Part shown: piece after piece, positions 42,331-56,382 of the stretch
How positions within the stretch are numbered: position 1 is the stretch's first letter
Layout of the letters: each line of letters begins with the position of its first letter
Source of the DNA: Phoronis australis
Taxonomy: Eukaryota; Animalia; Phoronida
NCBI GenBank assembly: GCA_002633005.1
Contig: NMRA01000030.1
Coordinates: 62,001-126,000 of the forward strand
Direction: 5' to 3'
DNA length: 64,000 bases
Notes under the pieces: model-generated
The model's input: the letters and a program-made list of their open reading frames with translations, nothing else
Database searches by the model: none
Told to the model about the DNA's origin: nothing
Position numbers and translations under genes: made by a program

Positions 42331-43591
42331 AACCTTAAACTTAATGATGAAATCATTCCTAGAAAACAGTCGCACAGACATCTGGGTATACTGTTAGATG
42401 AAAAACTCTCATTCACCCCTCACGTTCGGGAGCTCGTACAAAAAACTCAGGAACTAATTAACCCACTTAAGCTTGTCTCTCGTCATCTGAATTCTACACA
42501 TTTAGAAGTTTTGTTCAAGTCCTTTGTACTTCCACACATTGATTATTGTGATATTATATATCAGTCTGCCAATACGGGTGCACTCCAACATTTGGAGAAG
42601 TTACAATATCAAGCCGCCTTACTCATAACTGGAGCTTACAGGGGATCCAATAGTGTTAAGGTTTTGAATAATCTCAAGTGGCCCAAACTGTCTACTCGAC
42701 GCAATCTTCACATGACCACATTTACGTTCAAGGTAATAAACAATGTCAACAACGTGTCTGTCAAAAAAATATTTGATCTATATATTAGACAAGGCCATCG
42801 TAGTGATTTGAGATTCTCCACCCCATATGCAATTCCTCCGTCGTTCAGTCAGGCATTCAGAAGGTCTACAGTCATGATGTGCATCAACAACTGGAATTCT
42901 CTTCCAGTCTCTGTTAAGGAAAGCAACTCTTTTACGAGTATAAAAAATAATTTTAGAACTGTTTTTCATAATTTTGATAACTCAACACCCTTGACTCAAT
43001 TCTCCCTTACCCGCGATAACGAAATAGCATTGTACAGATCAAGATGTGGCCTTTTCCTCAACTCTGACAAGTTCAGGCACAACTTTAGTAATGTCTCTCC
43101 AAACTGTAAATGTGGTGACCATCAATCTTATCCTCATATTTTCTTCAAATGTCCCCTCATCGAATACCTGAGAGACTCACTCTTTCGTGCACTCAATGAT
43201 AACCAATCAATTGTTAACGCTCTCAATTCTTGTAACAATATCCCTACTAGAGTTACATTATTACTGAATGGTAGTCCTAACCTTGACTTTGTTCTCAACG
43301 AATTCCTCCTAAGCAACGTTAGCAAATTTTTATGTACCGTTTATCAATATTGTTGCATCTGATTTCCCTACATGAATCTGTACATATTTTTGTTTTTATA
43401 TATCTGTAATAGCATGTCTAAGTATTGGAATACTTATTTTAGATACTACTTAATTGTATATACCTCTATGTATATAAGTTTCATTTATGAATTGTTTACA
43501 ACCCAGATATAATGCTTCGCGATTTCTGGGTTTGTTATTATTTCTTTGTATGTTCTGTGTATCCTTCAATAAATATATATCACAGTGAAAA
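42331..43591 (+). mobile_element. 5'-truncated non-LTR retrotransposon (CR1/L2-group LINE), intact 3' end
   Basis: Stop-free frame 42331-43362 with RT-thumb motifs (HRHLGILLDEKLSF, FVLPHIDYCDIIY, L.W..L..RR) and C-terminal CKC-x7-H-x4-C; 3' stem-loop, AATAAA at 43568, short A tail; TSD AAGTAATATCCCA at 42318-42330 and 43592-43604. Confidence 0.92.
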
Positions 43592-44633
43592 AAGTAATAT
43601 CCCACCGACGTGACATTATTCTGCGTATCGACCGAGACCGAACTTTGTATTTATCCCATACGCTTTGAATTCCTAAGTTTCTTTCATTTTTTTCGGCAGA
43701 CTTCACCCAGACAGTTCACTTGGCGGATGACATCCTATATGTATGTAGTTGCGCATTATGTTACAGGTTTTCTCTACTTAAACTAAGAGTTTTAAATGTA
43801 ACGATTTATTACTTGAACAGAGATAACAAAGATAAAAACAAAGTTAATAGTGCATTGAACTTGTAACTTTTCCTGAAAATAATTAAATAACAACAGTATT
43901 TAACATTGTAGTTACCGAGGAATCGATACCTGAGTTGCACAGACGACATAAGATTTAGCAAATGAAAACCGAGACAGAAGTGCCATATAATTAACAGTTT
44001 TGTACAGTTTTGAATGTTGTGTTTGAGACAACTTTACTTCATAAAACTATTTTGGGAAAGTTTGATGATCGATCCGGCTAGCGATATCGAGTTGACATTG
44101 ACCTACACTTTTTTGAACTTTCCATGTCAGAGGTCACGGGAGTGCAATACGGAAAACAATACCAAGAGGCCGTATTGCACTCAACTTATTCAGCGCGTTT
44201 GGGATCAACACCAATATGAATGTGATCATCACAAGTAACGTCATTTCTTTTGTGTTGGCCACAACATATCCATTAATTCATGTATTATTTTAAAAAATGA
44301 TGGTTGTAGCAACGTTTTACGGGTACGTACCTGGTAACCGAATTTTTCACGTGTACCAAAAATCTCAGGGCCTGTAAATCCGCTCAACAGTCAAAAGTGC
44401 CGACTACCCAACTTTTCACTCCACTTAATTATCAATTCTTGTGACCGCAGTCTAATTTTAAATCTCTCACAATACGAAGAACTTTTATCACCAAAAACCA
44501 AATCTAGAATTACCTGTTCTTTGAGATTAACAACTCGTTTGTCGGATATAAAGACTTTAACATTCATAAACAGGTTGAGCACAAGCCTTCACTTGTGACG
44601 GGCAGAGTTCTCATAATGGGTAGCAATAGAAAA

Positions 44634-44781
44634 AGTGTCAATCGGCTAACTTCAGAATACCACTCGCAGAATGTCAATCGACGAACTCCGGAACACCGAA
44701 ACTGACAAAATGTCAACCGGCTAACTCCGGAACACCACAACTTACAGAATGTCAATCGGTTAACTCCGGAACACCACAACT
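44634..44781. repeat. ~39-bp tandem repeat (aatgtcaatcggctaactccggaacaccacaacttacag) x4
   Basis: tgtcaa at 44636, 44672, 44711, 44750. Confidence 0.88.
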
Positions 44782-47700
44782 CACTAGTACATGTAGCTTA
44801 TGGGATTGAAATGAAACTTTCAGATAATTTAAAAAACTGTGACAGCGTTTTTGACATCTCATGATGAAAAACATCAAAAGGAATTCAATCTTGGTCATTT
44901 TCTTGTTCTTCAAGTAAGTTTCATTTCTGCTAAATTTTACCTAAAATACTTGGTTATGTGGCCCAATAAATGGCGGATTGATGGATTGATATTATGTACA
45001 AAAACGCTCTCTTAAGTTTTATAAAGGTTACACGTTTGTTGATTTAAGTTTACTGTAGATATTTGGATAAATGACTTACTATTTGGGTTACCTATTATTG
45101 TGCTCAACATCGTCGTTAAAAAGCACATTTTAGGTCAACAATGTCGCGTGACGGGAGTACAAACGCCCATGCTTTGCGATTATAATATTTGAGACATATA
45201 AAATCCCATAGAATGACAATTAGTATTTAAAAGAGTTCTAAACTAAAAGTAACCTTGGTTACGAAGCGTTGATCACGTAATGTCAGTAGTTGACAGAGCA
45301 TAACAAGTAGGTGTTAGCCACGTTTTAGTTTAAGAAATGTCAACGAACTTGCTGCCACGACATTGCAATATCGAGCGTCACTGTTGCTTGTAAACTGTCA
45401 CGTATAATTATTTTCAGCAATAAGAACAAGTGAAAACATTAGTATGAACAGTTTGGTTCAATTTTTCCCAAGGATTTACCATTTCCATTTTAACTGAAAA
45501 TACACAATTACGAGCGAATCCACGAGGTACTAAGGGTGACAGTCCAATATTTTGACTACTATAGTGTACTTTGTTATGCAAGTTAGCACGGATAATCCGA
45601 CCCATTGCTAGCAATTGTAACGTGTATAAAAGGCTCTTCATTGAAATGAGATTTGGAAAACAACCCTAAGGTGATTGTAATCTAACCTAGAACTAAAAGA
45701 AATCTTTTTGTAACAATAAACGTTTTATGGTAAATAAACCATTCAGATATAGAAATTAGAAAACGGTGTCCATACCACTGGCGGATCTGGGATGTCGTAA
45801 AGGGAATAATAACAATTTTCGAAGGAAGAATATCTGCGCATGCCGTAAAAACTATAGGTCGTGTCCGCGGGAGGGATAGGGGTCCCCTGCCGCCAATTCC
45901 ACAATTCTTTCGTTGTGCATCAAGGCGTGAAAATACAGCCATCTGAGCGGCCCGTCCCTTATGCACCTTCTGTGGGAGTGCGCCCCGCGGGTTGACACTC
46001 GCCTGGGTAACTTGTCTGTCTTTTGCGGTAAGTATGTTCAAGAATCGAACCAGTCCCTGATCCTCCCAAGTATTAAGAACAATCAAAACAAATCAACGTC
46101 AACAAGCAATTGCCACCATAACAATAGCTGTGCAAACTGTGGCGACAGGAGCTTGGAGAGTAGGAAAGTAATAAGCGCTTGATTAACTTCAAAAGTTTCA
46201 ACGAATGCATTCCTCAGAAAAGAATTGTGTACGTTAACATGTGTACTGCGGTGGTTTCTGAAAAAAAACATATGGCGTTTTTTCCTTCTAGATAATAAAA
46301 TTTCTTTCCTTTGTTGTTTTAAGCTCAGAAAGTCAATGAAACAGATTTCAGGTTTTTCATGACTTAGTTCATTTACTGATAAAACTTTGGTATCAAGTGT
46401 TTGCTTGATTCTGGCCTTGGAAAGAATTGATAGGGGAAAATGTTGACACCATATTGATGACGACAAAGGGTCTCATTTTTGTGGAGGAAGGCGTTTTTAT
46501 AGCTCATGTAGAATATTATATTTATAAGCTTATTTGCTGATTACAGAGTTTCTTTACGCGAAATGACTTTAACCAAACCGCGCCTCCATTTCAACATTAT
46601 TGGCAATAACGCCAAAACGTCCTTCAAAACATATGTTTAAATAAGCTAAGGTAATTAAGCGATCTCGCAAAGTATGGAAATTCATGGACAAAATTAGTAA
46701 ATAAAGTCACAAGCGTTGTCTACCTAACAGTTGATATTTCTTCACAATTCTGTATAAATTATATGAAATTACACCCTAGTAGCTGTAAGCGTGATGTTCT
46801 CATTGGTGTCTTTAACCAACAGTAAATATTACGCAACCGTCTCAGGCACACACAAGTCAATGACTTGGATGGACGATTAGAGCAGATTCGATAGCAATGT
46901 CTTCAGATTTATTGCATAAATCTGTGTACTTTCACTTTAATGAAAGGAGGGCTAACGTTTTCAGTTGACAAGTTGTTTTAGTTAAGTAAACTTATTTTAG
47001 TAGTAGACGTTTAAAACTCGTTTCTGTGCATTAACCTGTTCCAGGATTTAACGCCTTGGGATTTTTGAAAATAACCAATTGACAGTTAATGAGAAATACG
47101 ATTGGCTTCTAAATACACAGTTTCTGTTTATAATGTTAAAGGTAATGTCCCCGGTTTCAAATTAGGTTTTCATAATATTTGTTGTAATTTTTAGATTTCT
47201 TTTCCGCCAGCACAACTGAACAATTTAAAAATATTGTCGTCGTTGCGAACAAAATCATCCCCAAAACACAAAGGAAAAGGCTAATGAGTCATCTCAAAAT
47301 TGTTATGAAGTTGGATGACTTGGTACAAGTATTAAGAAATCACATACCTCGTCTAGTGATTTGGTTTTAGAAATTCTCCGCTACACATGCATGAATAAAG
47401 CAATTAGATTATTCGTAAATAGCATTTATTCTTTACTGTTCGAATAAGAGCATCAAGGTACACCTGTATTTCAATGGCTTTCGGCGGGAACGTCCACCAC
47501 TCTCAAACTACACAAGATCATTCGGAAGATTTATCATATTGAATGACTCCTATAACCTACTCTATCATCACAGGTACGTGTTCTTCCTACATTCACTACA
47601 GGTCGTTAGTATTGTCTTCCCTCATTTCGCCGTCAAAACGGTGTCTTAGTAAAATAAAAATTAAACTTTGACATACATGTAAGTTTGTCGGCAAGAAAAA

Positions 47701-48849
47701 GCTCAGGCGGCAATCTAAATCGTAGAAAAACAGGGTGCATTTTAATCTTGTTTTTATTTGACATCTGTAATCTCGTCACGAGCCACTTCAGTGAAAGTGC
47801 GACGTTTTGTAAGTACTTTGCTTCCGAAGAAGATAAATTAATTCAGATGATTTTGTTCACCTTTGAGCGTCACATGCGATAACTCTATGGACGCACAAGT
47901 TGACTCATGCTCTACTGACACCAGACGGATATCCACTTGTGAAATTATATTTGCCGATGTTATGCAAAGTTTTACGCAACACAGTGACAAGGATGTTGAA
48001 CCGTGTTCACAGATTTCACCGACTGACAGAACTGAATGTGGTGACGACATACATTGTATGCTACGACCGTAGTCGAAAATGTTACGCAGCCCGTGAATAT
48101 ACTCTTTATCCTGTGTTTCGTTGAAATCTCGAGACTGCTTTACAATTGTTCAGACTATGATGTTTTTGTAGACAGATAAACAAAACACCTGTTTGTGACC
48201 AGGTGCTCCTTTCGGACGAACAGTGCGAAAAGGGAACACGTCATGCATCTATATTCAACACTCTTGACATGTTGCGCAACAATTTTTTTATTTACTAGAG
48301 GATAATAATGCGTTATCGGTTTAGAATATAACTTGACAAAAAGAAAAGTTTGGTATGCCAAAAATGCTTTCGGTAGGAACTATTCGTACGTTTTAGTCTA
48401 CCTTTACTGTACAGTGGTACGCCGTGAAAACCTCGGAACAGTTTTGGCTATGCAAAAAGCAATTAAAAAGTAAACGACACATTTCACCAAATTTGAAGAA
48501 ACAGATTGTAAACAAGTTCACTTCCTGGAGCTGTGCAGATAATGTTGTATTATTTCTCAGAATTAGGAAAAGGGGTGAGAGGCGGTTAAGGATACATTTC
48601 ATGGATGTGAATCTGTCATATACATGTATATTGTACAACTATAACATGCACTTATTTTCGACAAGGCATTGCGACATTCTAATTCAAAATACGTTTCGGA
48701 AGCATTTCTTTCGTCAAATTTCATCAAAACATACTGATTTATTTGTCGAGCTCCATTAACATGAAATTCTGTAAAGAGTTATGTGTGAGCAATATTTCAA
48801 AGTTGAAAGTCCAACTGCAGGTGCTAATTAGAATAGCCTCTATTGACAA

Positions 48850-49056
48850 TTAAAACTGGCTCACATGTCGCAAACATTTTAAGTCTGGTCTACACGCCTC
48901 CTGTAGGCCACATCACGTGACCTAATGAACAGATTTCTTCACCGACCGGGACACGAACCCGTTACCTTCAGCTAACCGTGCACGTGATGTGACCAGCAGG
49001 TGACGTGCAGATTAGACTTCAAAATGTTTGCGATTTATATTTCCATGCCGGTTTAA
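48850..49056. mobile_element. TTAA-flanked foldback MITE with a tRNA-like spacer
   Basis: ~53-bp imperfect IR tcgcaaacatttt..agtct..cacatcacgtg / cacgtgatgtg..agact..aaaatgtttgcga; outer ttaaaactggc / gccggtttaa. Confidence 0.7.
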
Positions 49057-49319
49057 GATTTACATATTTATACAAAACCTTACATGATTTAAATGTTAGG
49101 TAACAGTACAAATAATGGCTTGTCTTGTCCTTGTCCTTGTTAGCTAAAGTAATACATCTCGTCATTAATTTTTGAAATTGCAATAATAAAACTGACAATT
49201 CGGAACCTGTATTTTAAAGTTTTCTGACTATGTTTAATTACGTTTATCGTTCTCGCTACGCATTCGATTTCCACTAGGCCTTGCAATTCTTAAGCATTTA
49301 TACGAAGCCCGTACTTCCC

Positions 49320-49720
49320 ATGAGACGGGCGGGCGGGCTCAAAAATGGGAAGGACGGACCCGAGGTGCAGTTGGGAAGGATCTGTGATGTCGCGGTATTG
49401 ATGTCATTGTCGAGTGGCGATTCAAACCTTAAAATTTTGTTCACCTTGCCGTCACAGTACTAAAAATGTACGCCCACCCGAGCTGAAGTTTAATGTAAAA
49501 ATACACTCCGCTACTGAAATTTCCGGTTCAGCACCCACTTAACACGGTTCCTATGGGGTTGCTAAAGATGTCCACTTGAAAAGCTGATCATTATTTACTA
49601 CCACAAGAGAATCACGCGGTGGCGCTACATTCTCTGTTCATTCAAGTAGGCCTAATTATTTGGTCTGTCCTTCCCATCAGAAGGTCCGTCCTTCCCATCC
49701 TCAGCCCGAGCCGACATATC
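49320..49720. mobile_element. Probable TIR element with repeated GGGAAGGA subterminal motifs
   Basis: gggctcaaaaatgggaaggacggacc..gggaagga is inverted to tccttccc..ggtccgtccttcccatcctcagccc; exact ends uncertain. Confidence 0.6.
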
Positions 49721-51089
49721 ACTGAATAGTAAAACTTGGGAGGCTTGTTTTGAAGACAGTTCAAGGTCTGCCGGTGCTACCAACAGCAGCGACATCAGTT
49801 GATATAGAGTAAAGACCAATTATACTGCTATTCAGTTTAAAGTATAGAATTATAAATAAACAAGGTGTTGAAATAAAGCCTGCTTTTTTCTTTGACACTC
49901 ACTCATGTTCCTTTTAGGAAAACCTAGAAACCGTAAAAAATTACATTTTAATTGGGGTTCCAAATTTAGGACAGTGGGCGTATACTTGGGGAGGGAGCAT
50001 ACTTCAAGATGTTCTTCATACTTTTCTGACAATACGAAATGCACAGTAAAATAAAGTACATTAAAATGCATTCATTTTTGTTTGTTTTGAACAAATTCCG
50101 CTATAATATAGGCAAAATTTAGCGATCGTCAAGGAAAACCGAAAATTCAAAATGAATGTTGTGCGTAACGGCTACGTCGTCCGGGTGAGTTTGCGTTCCT
50201 CTCCCGTCTTCCAGAAATAGCTTCGCATTAATGCTTACTTTTGATTGATTTTAAATCTCAACTGAAATTATTTTTGTCTCAAAAATTTCCCAATCAGAGA
50301 AAAAGCAGAAGGAAAACACATCATAAGAAAATCGAAGTATCTTTGATGAAAAAGAACCGAACATAGAACTGTGCTTTGAACAAATGCTGCAGTGTTGTTT
50401 GGGATAAATTTGTATAATTCCGTTCAAGTTAGCGCTTAATCATGCGTTATTGACGCTGAATACGCCACTTTTAATGAAGAGATTTTATTAGACTTTTTAA
50501 ATTTCTGGTAGCGATACTGAACGTCACTCTTTATAAACCTAGACACTTTCATGATAAAAATCCATTCACAAGACTGTTCGAAGCGTCATACATGCGCTTG
50601 CGTATTTCATTTCTGAAGAAACATGCGCATGCGCAACATGAACACGTACGTTGAACGATGTAACTAGTGTGACTCTATGCGTATGCGGATCTGTACAGTT
50701 GCCACAGTTGCTTCTTAATACAAAAATTGTTCATGTAATGTTATTTGTGTTGAATTAGTCTCACAAAGGAAATGACAAACTTATTAGGAATTAATAGTTT
50801 GTTGCGTACACTATGTAAGTCGCAGGCCATCGATATCTGCAGTTTTGATTAATAATTCGCCTTAACTTGACGAGCAAGTGAATGTAACCAGTCGCAACTG
50901 TTTTGGTTAATATCTGGCGATGACTAGCCCACAATTTAAAGTTTAGCAGACTATGGCTGCAACCAATAGCACTGCTGCAAACTTCTTTGTCTCCATTTTT
51001 TACTTACAGTTATAAACCCGTCTTTCCACGCATGTTTCCGAAGAGCTAGCTGCAATGTCACTGTCTTTATGCTCATCTCAAACCTTATT

Positions 51090-51505
51090 TAGTGGCCTCC
51101 ATTCTAACTCGTATATCAAAAACAGACTTTGTAAAAGTATATACTTTCTGAAAGAAAAAAGACCGGGGAATATAAAAACATATTTTTTATTTTTTATCAT
51201 CTCGCAAAATGTAAGGAATTTTTGTAAAAAATAGCAGTCGTATTTGTCTTTGTTACATTACGTAAAAACTAGGCCTTCATATCGAAAATCCTAGTAGAGA
51301 TTTTGAGATTAATAAATAAATCTTGAGTTTGGAAAGTTTCAGCGAAATCCACCCAGTCGTTTTCGAGAGCTTGTATTCCTAAGTTCAAATCAAGTCGATT
51401 TGCCGAAGCCAAGAAAAAGCCGAAGAAGTTGGGACACGCGAAAGTCTTAAGGTTTACGGTTAATTATTCGGTGAAAACCTATTTTCGGTCAATACATGCC
51501 TTAAC
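51090..51505. mobile_element. Dispersed repeat (uninterrupted copy of the family broken up at 55968-59120)
   Basis: Shares tttctga..agaccggg..tataaaaa, gttttcgaga..ttc.taa, gatttgccgaag|ccaagaaaaag and tcggtgaaaac..tttggtcaata with the 56-59 kb copy; related tttctgaaag motifs at ~29630 and ~31135. Confidence 0.75.
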
Positions 51506-52606
51506 TATGTTCGCTATTTCAGTCTTCACTGGCAATGACAAATGAATTTGCAGTGCATAATTAAATTAATTATCGCAAAACGTTAATTTTGTTGCCCTTT
51601 CCAGTCCCACAGGCGGGATCAACTGTTGACCTACTTCAAAGTAGGTCAACGGCTAATTGTTATATACACCATTCGCCAAGTACGACATGGTTACTAGAAA
51701 TCGAGTCGGGAGTTAAAGCACGACGTCGTGAGTATGAGATTGAAACAGCGAAATGTCAATTTACTTATTGAATTAAGGAATTTGAGTGAAGATTTACCTC
51801 TTTTCACAACTTGCAGTGTTCGTGAACATATTGAAAGCCACTGACGCGTGAGGCTACTCGTTCTCAACAATCGTATGCATGCAGACGCACAACTCGACAC
51901 TTCAGGGTCAAAACTAAGTTTTGCCTTCGTTTTCCCCGGCATCGTTCTATCATTTGTACACCTCGTTGACTCAGTATTAAGGCAGCTCGGTCAATGAAAG
52001 GAATGAGGGGTACACATATACATGTAGAGATGCTCTGTGCCTGGCGTGAGAACAGATTCGATTTGAGTGACAGCCTTGTAACCTTTGACCTCGAATAAGT
52101 AGTAAACGAATTTCCACGCGGTTCCAAGGTGGTTCTGCTTAATCTTTTTTCTCGCCACCGGTATATATTTCGTATTTAAAGTTCCCCGAGATTGAAGATA
52201 AGGTATTTTGTTAGACACAAGTGAAACATTGTAAAAATGGCTGATTTTTGTGAATAAGGTTTGAGATATCCTTAAACTAGCACGGTGGTAAATATGGTAA
52301 CTGAACGATCGTTCAGGATTTTGGAGTTATAGCATTGTTTCTGTACTTATTTTCAACCAGTAGTGTACTATGCCCTAGCGGTCTAACCACATTATACACG
52401 ATGTTTTCGCAATTCTCGCAATTTGTGTAATTTTGTCAATTACACTATTTGCGCCTCAAGAGGGCGGGAAATGATCGGGTGACAAACCAGAAGGTCGTTT
52501 ACCCTAAGCTCATCAACCTTTACGTAAAGTGAGGAAGGATTGCAGTCAAATGAGAAAACAACTCAATCCGTTTTGGAAAATGATTGACTGAACTCAGTAA
52601 ACAGGG

Positions 52607-52678
52607 GTCTACGCGTTTTACATACTCTCAAAACAGATGTCTACGCGTTTTACATACTCTCAAAAGATACTCTCAAAA
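52607..52678. repeat. 32-bp direct duplication (gtctacgcgttttacatactctcaaaa) plus a partial third copy
   Basis: Read directly. Confidence 0.85.
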
Positions 52679-55600
52679 CCGAAATGAAGCGGATATAATC
52701 GCGCACAACAAAAAGTTGACAATTCCTTTCGTCAGTTTGTTTTTCAGTTTGACTTCATAATATTTCGAGAACTGCGTGACAGGAAGTCAAATTAAATTTA
52801 AACACCCGTACAAGTGCGCCCGGAGATTTTCAATCCCAGTCTCGTTAAATGAATATTTGCCTTTTTCTTGAGTAATAATGATGAAAACACGTAATAAAAC
52901 TAAATTGACTGCGATTCAGCTGGTTTCTTAGTGCTTATTTGAATACAAGATTTTATAAGTACAACAGTATGCATATGGTCTATAAAGCGAAAAAATACAT
53001 TGAATGAAATAACTTTAGTAACAGGTTGCAATGAAACTGAACGTAAATTTACATATATATTGAAAGAAAAAATATTTTTACTGAAAACGTCAAAAATTTC
53101 GTTGTTGTTGTCAAGGGTCTGCGCGAGTTCAGCTCTCTCTTTCACAAGACAAAGAAATAATGCGTTGGTGCAGTGTGCATTGGCATATGGGCGGCGCAAT
53201 ATAGGGTGCGGGGGGGCTATAGGTGCAACATTGGGAGTGAATGTGATGGAACTTTTGAAAGTTGTGGAAAAATCCAGATCCAAGCTTGTCGACTTGGATC
53301 TCTCCTTGAATGTTTGGTTACAAGGGTTGGTGTATTGAGTGGTTACTCAGTCTGAGGTGTCTCCTAATTTCCTTCGTGACACTTGTGATTGGTCGCGCTA
53401 TCTTTATCCTTTAAGGTAAATTATTCAAGAAAGTTATTGCAGCTAATGAGACACGAAACTCTAACTATTCGTTTGACTTTGGAAATAGAAAGGTAATAGG
53501 ACACTTGGTTGGCTTTGCCGGTTCCGCCAGGTCAACTGATTAAGAAAGCTCATTGGTTCTCGATGTCAACTTCCGCTATTCGACTTGCAAACCAGTCAGA
53601 TATCTCAGCCACTTGACCCGGGAAAAACGGCGAAATCAATCAAGTGACAAGTAGCCGGATTTTCTGTATTCTTGCGCAGGTCGTAGCTGATGTTTTCAAG
53701 AAGTTTATCCCACCTGTAAACAATCCAAAAAAGTGTTCGTTTCGGCCCTTGCACAGATTGTGTCCCTTTAAGTCCCATGCAGGTTCATGTTTGAATGCCT
53801 ATGTGTTTGTTCCTGTTTTGGAGTTTACGAGAGTTAGCCGTCCCTAACTATGCAAAACCAATGAACTGATTACTTCATTGGAACGATTCACCGCTTTTAT
53901 TCCGCCGTCGACTTAATATGCGAGTCCGTCATGATCGCAGCGTGAGTCTTTTTTAAAGGCTTATTTTTATAAAAACAATATTAAATATCAAATTTATAAA
54001 AATCGACCAAAAGATGTAGAAAATCCACTTTAGATTAAATAAAATATGCCGAATTCTCCAAAGTCGTTATTCTCTTTTAAAGTTAAATCAATGAATATTT
54101 TTATGCTTGAATAGATGTGAAATTTCATGATAACGATTTTTGCATCGGTTTATTACGACGGCCGTTAGTTAATCCAAGTTATAGAATAAGTAAAAATTGG
54201 CATTACGTATTGCCATTTTACAAGCCGGTAAAAGCGTTGCCATTTCGACAAACAAAATTTATTGTAAGGCAAAATTATAAAATTCAATAATGCTGAGAAA
54301 ACAGACAGTGAAGTATATGGGGCCAATCATTCAGTGAGACAGTGGAATAAATGGGGCCAGGTTCAAGAAAAGTGATTGAAGTCTTGAGTCACTTAAGAGC
54401 CAGAAATTTGGTCTTATACTCCATATAACTATTTTTGTAACATAACTTAAACTCTCTTGATCAAACAAATAACGTAACCGAGAATATGCACATAACTGGA
54501 ATTTACTTACTGAGAAAATGTGTACAAATTATTTCCAGGTTAGTCAACTCACTTGACAATGCAGTCAAGAAGTTGATTGTGTTATTGGCCTGTATGAAGT
54601 CGTCTGCGCTCTGGAAGTTGGAACGAGGTTATATTGTAATCATTTTATAGACTTTTTATCCATTTCATGAAGCGCCCGCGGGCGTTGCGCTCATCTTGGG
54701 TATCAAATCGTGCTAACGAAAATGGTCTTAAGACGGGTCCCGAAATTTATTCAGCCTCTGAAAAAAGACTGCCCGGCACGATATAGTCGTTACAAGCCCA
54801 CGTACCTGCATGTGAAGCGATGCCCCCATGCGAACCATACGTGTTTGCGTCACATGTTATGATGCCATCATATTTTATGCCGTATACCTTTGAAGCCACC
54901 AGATTATGCCGTGTTACGTAATCTTAGTTAATATCATGTTTAATAAAAGTAGTCTTCGTGTCACTTTGATCTCTGTGCTCAATTACTGCGTTCACTTGTT
55001 GAATTTGCCGTATTCGCATCTGAATCACGTGTCACCGTAAAAGTGTCACGTGTCACTGTAAAAGTATACCCTCTGTGAATTTGAAACTGTAGCCATGGTT
55101 CTTGGTTTTTCCTCAAACAAACACATTTTTCGAAATCAATCCTCTCCTGTATTGCAATAACACGCACCCTTGCTCGATTTTCACTGTCCTGCAACCATAG
55201 CGATCGAATCTCAAAGTGTTGCTGTGAACCAATTCGCCGGCCGCAAAACGGCCTTCAGTGCTAAATTAATTTTGATAATTTTAATTTTTAGACGAAATAT
55301 ATTAATCTGAAAAAATAATATAAGCACTATTCATGATTGTCTAAGAATAACAAACGCTATGATTAATCGAAAGCTTAAATTAATTAGCCAAAAGGTGGCG
55401 CTAAACGGCGAGAAGTGTAGTAAACTGTAATTTATTAGCAGAATATCTGCAACGGGAACTTTTCTAGTGTCAGGAGCTTGGTACAGTAATTTGTTTAATT
55501 TCTTGATCTCATGAATTTTACCCATCCAAGGTTTGCGGGTAATTAAGCCAATGCTCGTCCCTGGGAGAAGCCCTTGCTCCTCCGGACTCCAGTAATAACT

Positions 55601-56382
55601 TTCACAAACGCATTTATTGGCGTAATTCAAACTTTTCCAGGCACTCTTAATCTAATTTACAATTAAACTGTACTATTTGATCATATATCAAGTAATCTTT
55701 AGTCGCTTAGTATTCATGCCAGTCACAACAATGGAAATTTATTTACTAAATTCTAGTTATGTTCAGATTTCATGATTTTATGCATCCACTTTATTAAATT
55801 TGCCTGTTGCTACCATCGGCAATAATGGCTGATATTTTTCTTCGTCCGGAGTCTTCGTGTTCGCCGCAAACTGAGGCGTACTTGGTTTTCCCCAGTCAAA
55901 ATAATATTTATTTCCAGTGTTACTGATTTTCTAACAGTCTGAGTATCCTTCGTGTGCAGTTGTTTTACTTAAGGACCTTAATTACCAGAAAAAACTAGGC
56001 TGCGTCTACTAATAAAATTACATATTTTCTGAATAAAGAAAGACCGGGATTATAAAAATACGCTTTACACTTACGTGCTATTGTTGTTATATCGTGGCCA
56101 CCCTATTTAAGTCAGAATTTCATTTTAGTAAAATCTTTTAATAAAAACTTGCCGATATCTCTCAAAAACGTTGTGATGTGTTTTCGATAAATGGTTTAGT
56201 TAACTTGCAAAACGTAAGGCATTTTTATAAAAAAGCGTTTGCATCAGTTTATGGCACTCATTGTAAACTAGGCGTTTTAAAAACAGAACAGTGTTTTAAG
56301 ATTGATGAAGAACAATTAAAATTGGAAGGTATCGGTGACATCCACAAAGCCGTTTTCGAGAACTCGTGTTCTTAACTTAAAT

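Noticed and set aside
42511-43362. 283-aa ORF as a host gene
   Set aside because: It is the ORF2 C-terminus of a truncated LINE bounded by a TSD.
47838-48124. Overlapping short ORFs with coding-like composition
   Set aside because: No recognisable domain or convincing splice partners.
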